Shown here: positions 54,701 to 64,000 of the stretch, one piece after another
How the letters are laid out: each line of letters begins with the position of its first letter
Numbering within the stretch: the first letter of the stretch is position 1
NCBI GenBank assembly: GCA_964035545.1
Contig: OZ037766.1
Coordinates: 18,253,081-18,317,080, forward strand
Source: Bugula neritina
Taxonomy: Eukaryota; Animalia; Bryozoa
DNA length: 64,000 bases
Direction: 5' to 3'
Notes under the pieces: generated by a model
What the model saw: the letters and a program-made list of their open reading frames with translations, nothing else
The model's database searches: none
Told to the model about the DNA's origin: nothing
Translations under genes and position numbers: made by a program

Positions 54701-57700
54701 ATATTTCAGTATGATACAATAAATTTCAGTGTGTTACAGTACATTTCTGCAAACTACACTATACTTCAGTGAGTTGTAGTATATTTCAGTATCTTGCAGT
54801 ATATCTCAGTATGTTGCAGTTTATTTCAGTATGTTCCAGTATATTTCAGCGTGTTTCAGTATATTTCAGTATGCCACAGTGCATTTTCAGATTTTTCACT
54901 ATACTTCAGTGAGTTTTAGTGTCTTTCAGTATGTTGCAGTATAATTCAGTATCTTGAAACTTATTTCAATGTGTTGCAATGTATTTCAATATGTTACAGT
55001 GTATTTCAGTATGTTGCAGTATGTTGCAGTGTATTTCAGTATGTTACAGTGTATTTCAGTAGGTTTCAGTATCTTCCAGTATATTTCAGTATGTTACAGC
55101 ATATTTCAGTAAGTTGCAGTATGTTGCAGTATATTTCAGTAGTTTGCAACATATTTCAGTAGGTTACCATATATTTCGGTATGTTGAAGCAAATTTCAAT
55201 GTGTTGCAGTGTATTTCAATATGTTACAGTGTATTTCAGTATGTTGCAGTTTGTTGCAGTTTGCTGCAGTATGTTGCAGTGTATTTCTGTATGTTACAGT
55301 GTATTTCAGTATGTTGCAGTATATTTCAGTTTGTTACAGTATATTTCAGTATGTTGCAGTATATTTCAGTGGGTTATAGTATATTTCATTATGATACAGC
55401 GTCTTTCAGTATGTTACAGTGTATTTCAGTATGTTGCAGTACTTTGCAATATGTTTCAGTATGTTACAGTGTATTTCAGTATGTTGCAGTATAACTCAGT
55501 ATGTTACAATAAATTTCAGTATGTTACAGTACATTTTCGTAAATTACACTATACTTCAGAGAGTTGTAGTATATTTCAGTATCTTGCAGTATATCTCAGT
55601 ATGTTACAGTATATTTCAGTATGTTACAGTATGTTTCACTGTGTTACAGTAAATTTCAATATGTTACAGTGCATTTGCAGATATTACACTATACTTCAGT
55701 GAGTTTTAGTGTCTTTCAGTATGTTACAGTGTATTTCAGTATGTTGCAGTGTATTTCAGTATGTTGCAGTATAATTCAGTATGTTACAATAAATTTCAGT
55801 ATGTTACAGTACATTTTCGTAAATTACACTATACTTCAGTGAGTTGTAGTATATTTCATTATCTTGCAGTATATCTTAGTATGTTACAGTATATTTCAGT
55901 ATGTTACAGTATATTTCACTGTGTTACACTAAATTTCAATATGTTACAGTGCATTTGCAGATATTACACTATACTTCAGTGAGTTTTAGTGTCTTTCAGT
56001 ATGTTACAGTGTATTTCAGTATGTTGCAGTATAATTCAGTATGTTACAATAAATTTCAGTATGTTACAGTACATTTCCGTAAATTACACTATACTTCAGT
56101 GAGTTGTAGCATATTTCAGTATCTCGCAGTATATCTCAGTATGTTACAGTATATTTCAGTATGTTACAGTATATTTCAGTGTGTTACAGTAAATTTCAGT
56201 ATGTTACAGTGCATTTGCAGATATTACACTATACTTCAGTGGGTTTTAGTGTATTTTAGTATGTTGCAGTATATTTAAGTATGTTGCAGTTTTTTGCAAT
56301 ATATTTTAGTATGTTACAGTGTATTTCAGTACGTTGCAGTATATTTCAGTATGATGCAATAAATTTCAGTGTGTTACAGTACATTTCTGCAAATTACGCT
56401 ATACTTCAGTGAGTTGTAGTATATTTCAGTATCTTGCAGTATATCTCAGTATGTTACAGTTTATTTCAGTATGTTCCAGTATATTTCAGCGTGTTTCAGT
56501 ATATTTCAGCATGCCACAGTGCACTTTTACATTTTTCACTATACTTCAGTGAGTTTTAGTGTCTTTCAGTATGTTGCAGTATATTTCGGTATCTTGCAAC
56601 TTATTTCAATGTGTTGCAATGTATTTTAATATGTTACAGTGTATTTCAGTATGTTGCAGCATGTTGCAGTGTATTTCAGTATGTTACAGTGTATTTCAGT
56701 AGGTTTCAGTATCTTGCAGTATATTTCAGTATGTTGTAGTGTATTTCAGTGGGTTACAGTATATTCCAGTATGTTCCAGTATGTTGCCGTGTATTTCAGT
56801 ATGTTGCAGTGCATATCAGTATGTTACAGTGTATTTCAGTATGTTAAACCGTATTTCAGTATGTTGCCGTATTTTGCAATATATTTCAGTATGTTTCAGT
56901 ATTTTGCAGTATATTTCAGTGTGTTACAGTGTATTTCAGTATATCACAGTGCATTTTCAGGTATTACACTATACTTCAGTGAGTTTTAGTGTCGTTCAGT
57001 ATGTTGCATTATATTTCAGTATCTTGCAACATATTTCAATGTGTTGCAATGCATTTCAATATGTCACAATGTATTTCAGTATGTTGCAGTATGTTGCAGT
57101 GTATTTCAGTATGTTACAGTGTATTTCAGTAGGTTTCAGTATCTTGCAGTATATCTCAGTATGTTACAGTTTATTTCAGTATGTTCCAGTATATTTCAGC
57201 GTGTTTCAGTATATTTCAGTATGCCACAGTGCATTTTTAGATTTTTCACTATACTTCAGTGAGTTTTAGTGTCTTTCAGTATGTTGCAGTATATTTCGGT
57301 ATCTTGCAACTTATTTCAATGTGTTGCAATGTATTTCAATATGTTACAGTGTATTTCAGTATGTTGCAGCATGTTGCAGTGTATTTCAGTATGTTACAGT
57401 GTATTTCAGTAGGTTTCAGTATCTTGCAGTATATTTCAGTATGTTGCAGTATATTTCAGTGGGTTACAGTATATTCCAGTATGTTCCAGTATGTTGCAGT
57501 ATATTTCAGTATGTTGCAGTGTGTTTCAGTATGTTACAGTGTATTTCAGTATGTTGCAGTATGTTGCAGTGTATTTCTGTATGTTACAGCGTACTTCTGT
57601 ATGTTACAGTGTATTTCAGTATGTTGCAGTATATTTCAGTATGTTACAGTATATTTCACTAAGTTGCAGTATATTTCAGTGGGTTATAGCATATTGCAAT

Positions 57701-59950
57701 ATGATACAATGTATTTGAGTATGTTACAGTGTATTTCAGTATGTTGCAGTATTTTGCAATATATTTCAGTATGTTACAGTGTATTTCAGTATGTTGCAGT
57801 ATATTTCAGTATGTTACAATAAATTTCAGTATGTTACAGTACATTTCCGTAAATTACACTATACTTCAGTGAGCTGTAGTATATTTCAGTGTCTTGCAGT
57901 ATATCTCAGTATGTTACAGCAAATTTCAATGTGTTGCAGTGTATTTCAATATGTTACAGTGTATTTCAGTATGTTGCAGCATGTTGCAGTATGCTGCAGT
58001 ATGTTGCAGTGTATTTCTGTATGTTACAGTGTATTTCAGTATGTTGCAGTATATTTCAGTATGTTACAGTATATTTCAGTATGTTGCAGTATATTTCAGT
58101 GGGTTATAGTATATTTCAGTATGATACAGCGTATTTCAGTACGTTACAGTATATTTCAGTATGTTGCAGTATAATTCAGTATGTTACCATAAAATTCAGT
58201 ATGTTACAGTACATTTCCGAAAATTACACTATACTTCAGTGAGTTGTAGTATATTTCAGTATCTCGCAGTATATCTCCGTATGTTACAGTATATTTCAGT
58301 ATGTTACAGAATATTTCAGTGTGTTACAGTAATTTCAGTATGTTACAGTGCATTTGCAGATATTACACTATACTTCAGTGAGTTTTAGTGTCTTTCAGTA
58401 TGTTGCAGTATACTTCAGTATGTTGCAGTATTTTGCAATATATTTCAGTATGTTACAGTGTATTTCAGTACGTTGCCGTATATTTCAGTACGATACAATA
58501 AATTTCAGTGTGTTACAGTACATTTCTGCAAACTACACTATACTTCAGTGAGTTGTAGTATATTTCAGTATCTTGCAGTATATCTCAGTATGTTGCAGTT
58601 TATTTCAGTATGTTCCAGTATATTTCAGCGTGTTTCAGTATATTTCAGTATGCCACAGTGCATTTTCAGATTTTTCACTATACTTCAGTGAGTTTTAGTG
58701 TCTTTCAGTATGTTGCAGTATAATTCAGTATCTTGCAACTTATTTCAATGTGTTGCAATGTATTTCAATATGTTACAGTGTATTTCAGTATGTTGCAGTA
58801 TGTTGCAGTGTATTTCAGTATGTTACAGTGTATTTCAGTAGGTTTCAGTATCTTCCAGTATATTTCAGTATGTTACAGTATATTTCATTAAGTTGCAGTA
58901 TGTTGCAGTATATTTCAGTAGTTTGCAACATATTTCAGTAGGTTACCATATATTTCGGTATGTTGAAGCATATTTCAATGTGTTGCAGTGTATTTCAATA
59001 TGTTACAGTGTATTTCAGTATGTTGCAGTATGTTGCAGTTTGCTGCAGTATGTTGCAGTGTATTTCTGTATGTTACAGTGTATTTCAGTATGTTGCAGTA
59101 TATTTCAGTTTGTTACAGTATATTTCAGTATGTTGCAGTATATTTCAGTGGGTTATAGTATATTTCATTATGATACAGCGTCTTTCAGTATGTTACAGTG
59201 TATTTCAGTATGTTGCAGTATATTTCAGTATGTTACAGTATATTTCAGTATGTTGCAGTATATTTCAGTGGGTTATAGTATATTTCAGTATGATACAGCG
59301 TATTTCAGTATGTTACAGTGTATTTCAGTATGTTGCAGTATTTTGCAACATATTTCGGTACGTTACAGTATATTTCAGTATGTTGCAGTATAATTCAGTA
59401 TGTTACCATAAAATTCAGTATGTTACAGTACATTTCCGAAAATTACACTATACTTCAGTGAGTTGTAGTATATTTCAGTATCTCGCAGTACATCTCCGTA
59501 TGTTACAGTATATTTCAGTATGTTACAGTATATTTCAGTGTGTTACAGTAATTTCAGTATGTTACAGTGCATTTGCAGATATTACACTATACTTCAGTGA
59601 GTTTTAGTGTCTTTCAGTATGTTGCAGTATACTTCAGTATGTTGCAGTATTTTGCAATATATTTCAGTATGTTACAGTGTATTTCAGTACGTTGCCGTAT
59701 ATTTCAGTATGATACAATAAATTTCAGTGTGTTACAGTACATTTCTGCAAACTACACTATACTTCAGTGAGTTGTAGTATATTTCAGTATCTTGCAGTAT
59801 ATCTCAGTATGTTGCAGTTTATTTCAGTATGTTCCAGTATATTTCAGCGTGTTTCAGTATATTTCAGTATGCCACAGTGCATTTTCAGATTTTTCACTAT
59901 ACTTCAGTGAGTTTTAGTGTCTTTCAGTATGTTGCAGTATAATTCAGTAT
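36800..59950 (+). repeat. Homogeneous 4998-bp HOR (3779 + 1219 bp sub-blocks), about 4.5 copies including a 2399-bp partial duplication
   Basis: ORF-track blocks recur at an exact 4998 offset (37176/42174/47172/52170; 39866/44864/49862; 54569/59567). The CAGTAATTTC deletion marker alternates at 3779 and 1219 spacing. Boundaries are approximate. Confidence 0.92.
51860..56660 (+). repeat. Recent 2399-bp tandem duplication inside the HOR
   Basis: Offset 2399 (52170/54569, 52782/55181, 53502/55901). Both copies share the private variants CAGTTTGTTGCAGTTTGC and GGGTTTTAGTGTATTTTAG. Confidence 0.85.
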
Positions 59951-62900
59951 CTTGAAACTTATTTCAATGTGTTGCAAAGTATTTCAATATGTTACAGTGT
60001 ATTTCAGTATGTTGCAGCATGTTGCAAGGTATTTCAGTATGTTACAGTGTATTTCAGTAGGTTTCAGTATCTTGCAGTATATTTCAGTATGTTGCAGTAT
60101 ATTTCAGTGGGTTACAGTATATTCCAGTATGTTCCAGTATGTTGCAGTATATTTCAGTATGTTGCAGTGTGTTTCAGTATGTTACAGTGTATTTCAGTAT
60201 GTTGCAGTATGTTGCAGTGTATTTCTGTATGTTACAGCGTACTTCTGTATGTTACAGTGTATTTCACTATGTTGCAGTATATTTCAGTATGTTACAGTAT
60301 ATTTCACTAAGTTGCAGTATATTTCAGTGGGTTATAGCATATTGCAATATGATACAATGTATTTGAGTATGTTACAGTGTATTTCAGTATGTTGCAGTAT
60401 TTTGCAATATATTTCAGTATGTTACAGTGTATTTCAGTATGTTGCAGTATATTTCAGTATGTTACAATAAATTTCAGTATGTTACAGTACATTTCCGTAA
60501 ATTACACTATACTTCAGTGAGCTGTAGTATATTTCAGTGTCTTGCAGTATATCTCAGTATGTTACAGCAAATTTCAATGTGTTGCAGTGTATTTCAATAT
60601 GTTACAGTGTATTTCAGTATGTTGCAGCATGTTGCAGTATGCTGCAGTATGTTGCAGTGTATTTCTGTATGTTACAGTGTATTTCAGTATGTTGCAGTAT
60701 ATTTCAGTATGTTACAGTATATTTCAGTATGTTGCAGTATATTTCAGTGGGTTATAGTATATTTCAGTATGATACAGCGTATTTCAGTACGTTACAGTAT
60801 ATTTCAGTATGTTGCAGTATAATTCAGTATGTTACCATAAAATTCAGTATGTTACAGTACATTTCCGAAAATTACACTATACTTCAGTGAGTTGTAGTAT
60901 ATTTCAGTATCTCGCAGTATATCTCCGTATGTTACAGTATATTTCAGTATGTTACAGAATATTTCAGTGTGTTACAGTAATTTCAGTATGTTACAGTGCA
61001 TTTGCAGATATTACACTATACTTCAGTGAGTTTTAGTGTCTTTCAGTATGTTGCAGTATACTTCAGTATGTTGCAGTATTTTGCAATATATTTCAGTATG
61101 TTACAGTGTATTTCAGTACGTTGCCGTATATTTCAGAATGATACAATAAATTTCAGTGTGTTACAGTACATTTCTGCAAACTACACTATACTTCAGTGAG
61201 TTGTAGTATATTTCAGTGTCTTGCAGTATATCTCAGTATGTTACAGCAAATTTCAATGTGTTGCAGTGTATTTCAATATGTTACAGTGTATTTCAGTATG
61301 TTGCAGCATGTTGCAGTATGCTGCAGTATGTTGCAGTGTATTTCTGTATGTTACAGTGTATTTCAGTATGTTGCAGTATATTTCAGTATGTTACAGTATA
61401 TTTCAGTATGTTGCAGTATATTTCAGTGGGTTATAGTGTATTTCAGTATGATACAGCGTATTTCAGTACGTTACAGTATATTTCAGTATGTTGCAGTATA
61501 ATTCAGTATGTTACCATAAAATTCAGTATGTTACAGTACATTTCCGAAAATTACACTATACTTCAGTGAGTTGTAGTATATTTCAGTATCTCGCAGTATA
61601 TCTCCGTATGTTACAGTATATTTCAGTATGTTACAGAATATTTCAGTGTGTTACAGTAATTTCAGTATGTTACAGTGCATTTGCAGATATTACACTATAC
61701 TTCAGTGAGTTTTAGTGTCTTTCAGTATGTTGCAGTATACTTCAGTATGTTGCAGTATTTTGCAATATATTTCAGTATGTTACAGTGTATTTCAGTACGT
61801 TGCCGTATATTTCAGTATGATACAATAAATTTCAGTGTGTTACAGTACATTTCTGCAAACTACACTATACTTCAGTGAGTTGTAGTATATTTCAGTATCT
61901 TGCAGTATATCTCAGTATGTTGCAGTTTATTTCAGTATGTTCCAGTATATTTCAGCGTGTTTCAGTATATTTCAGTATGCCACAGTGCATTTTCAGATTT
62001 TTCACTATACTTCAGTGAGTTTTAGTGTCTTTCAGTATGTTGCAGTATAATTCAGTATCTTGCAACTTATTTCAATGTGTTGCAATGTATTTCAATATGT
62101 TACAGTGTATTTCAGTATGTTGCAGTATGTTGCAGTGTATTTCAGTATGTTACAGTGTATTTCAGTAGGTTTCAGTATCTTCCAGTATATTTCAGTATGT
62201 TACAGTATATTTCATTAAGTTGCAGTATGTTGCAGTATATTTCAGTAGTTTGCAACATATTTCAGTAGGTTACCATATATTTCGGTATGTTGAAGCATAT
62301 TTCAATGTGTTGCAGTGTATTTCAATATGTTACAGTGTATTTCAGTATGTTGCAGTATGTTGCAGTTTGCTGCAGTATGTTGCAGTGTATTTCTGTATGT
62401 TACAGTGTATTTCAGTATGTTGCAGTATATTTCAGTTTGTTACAGTATATTTCAGTATGTTGCAGTATATTTCAGTGGGTTATAGTATATTTCATTATGA
62501 TACAGCGTCTTTCAGTATGTTACAGTGTATTTCAGTATGTTGCAGTATATTTCAGTATGTTACAGTATATTTCAGTATGTTGCAGTATATTTCAGTGGGT
62601 TATAGTATATTTCAGTATGATACAGCGTATTTCAGTATGTTACAGTGTATTTCAGTATGTTGCAGTATTTTGCAACATATTTCAGTACGTTACAGTATAT
62701 TTCAGTATGTTGCAGTATAATTCAGTATGTTACCATAAAATTCAGTATGTTACAGTACATTTCCAAAAATTACACTATACTTCAGTGAGTTGTAGTATAT
62801 TTCAGTATCTCGCAGTACATCTCCGTATGTTACAGTATATTTCAGTATGTTACAGTATATTTCAGTGTGTTACAGTAATTTCAGTATGTTACAGTGCATT

Positions 62901-64000
62901 TGCAGATATTACACTATACTTCAGTGAGTTTTAGTGTCTTTCAGTATGTTGCAGTATACTTCAGTATGTTGCAGTATTTTGCAATATATTTCAGTATGTT
63001 ACAGTGTATTTCAGTACGTTGCCGTATATTTCAGTATGATACAATAAATTTCAGTGTGTTACAGTACATTTCTGCAAACTACACTATACTTCAGTGAGTT
63101 GTAGTATGTTTCAGTATCTTGCAGTATATCTCAGTATGTTGCAGTTTATTTCAGTATGTTCCAGTATATTTCAGCGTGTTTCAGTATATTTCAGTATGCC
63201 ACAGTGCATTTTCAGATTTTTCACTATACTTCAGTGAGTTTTAGTGTCTTTCAGTATGTTGCAGTATAATTCAGTATCTTGCAACTTATTTCAATGTGTT
63301 GCAATGTATTTCAATATGTTACAGTGTATTTCAGTATGTTGCAGTATGTTGCAGTGTATTTCAGTATGTTACAGTGTATTTCAGTAGGTTTCAGTATCTT
63401 CCAGTATATTTCAGTATGTTACAGTATATTTCATTAAGTTGCAGTATGTTGCAGTATATTTCAGTAGTTTGCAACATATTTCAGTAGGTTACCATATATT
63501 TCGGTATGTTGAAGCATATTTCAATGTGTTGCAATGTATTTCAATATGTTACAGTGTATTTCAGTATGTTGCAGTATGTTGCAGTGTATTTCAGTATGTT
63601 ACAGTGTATTTCAGTAGGTTTCAGTATCTTGCAGTACATTTCAGTATGTTGCAGTATAATTCAGTATGTTACAATAAATTTCAGTATGTTACAGTACATT
63701 TTCGTAAATTACACTATACTTCAGTGAGTTGTAGTATATTTCATTATCTTGCAGTATATCTTAGTATGTTACAGTATATTTCAGTATGTTACAGTATATT
63801 TCACTGTGTTACACTAAATTTCAATATGTTACAGTGCATTTGCAGATATTACACTATACTTCAGTGAGTTTTAGTGTCTTTCAGTATGTTACAGTGTATT
63901 TCAGTATGTTGCAGTATAATTCAGTATGTTACAATAAATTTCAGTATGTTACAGTACATTTCCGTAAATTACACTATACTTCAGTGAGTTGTAGCATATT
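59950..64000 (+). repeat. Rearranged HOR-derived blocks (2648- and 679-bp offsets)
   Basis: ORF-track offsets of 2648 (57321/59969, 58348/60996) and 679 (60537/61216, 60996/61675). Confidence 0.75.

Larger units (their letters stand above)
26311..64000 (+). repeat. Same satellite array in opposite orientation, right arm (CAGTATGTTG / CAGTATATTT on +), with no transposon insertions
   Basis: Monomers are the reverse complement of the left-arm monomers from 26311 to the window end. The same landmark motif appears as CACTATACTTCAGTGAGTT. Confidence 0.98.

Noticed and set aside
75-63867. Hundreds of overlapping ORFs rich in M/L/Q/Y/I/S/V/C/F (up to 487 aa at 4731-6194)
   Set aside because: They are translations of the stop-poor T/G-rich satellite strand, open in all three frames, and they flip strand exactly with the satellite. 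A 10-bp period is not codon-compatible and no domains are present.
60-64000. CRISPR-like appearance of the recurring AACTCACTGAAGTATAGTG landmark
   Set aside because: The intervening sequences are satellite monomers rather than unique spacers, their lengths are 120-650 bp, there are no cas genes, and the context is eukaryotic.

Overview
This looks like eukaryotic heterochromatin-type DNA and contains no recognisable host gene. About 59 kb of the 64 kb is one complex satellite built from a degenerate 10-bp monomer (CAACATACTG / TAACATACTG / AAATATACTG / AAATACACTG on the A/C-rich strand). It is organised hierarchically: 10 bp, then a 20-bp dimer, then a fixed 140-bp module with variable n x 10 bp linkers, then kb-scale higher-order repeats (HORs). 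The array switches strand sharply at 26310/26311. The left arm (1-26310) is a heterogeneous mosaic carrying three transposon insertions. Two are 756-bp non-autonomous CACAG-terminal DNA transposons in opposite orientations, with 2-bp target-site duplications (TSDs), at 2295-3050 and 11088-11843. The third is an apparently full-length RTE-clade LINE (17813-21317, minus strand) with a single APE-RT ORF broken by one in-frame stop, no 3' UTR, and a TSD equal to exactly one satellite monomer. All three insertions sit in the CAACATACTG monomer. The right arm has no insertions and from about 36.8 kb forms a very homogeneous 4998-bp HOR with recent 2399-, 2648- and 679-bp sub-duplications and a layered variant pattern reminiscent of centromeric arrays. 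The hundreds of MLQYISVC-type ORFs are translation artefacts of the satellite. I found no new protein-coding system; the unusual biology is in the array architecture and the transposon-satellite relationship. All counts were made by eye.
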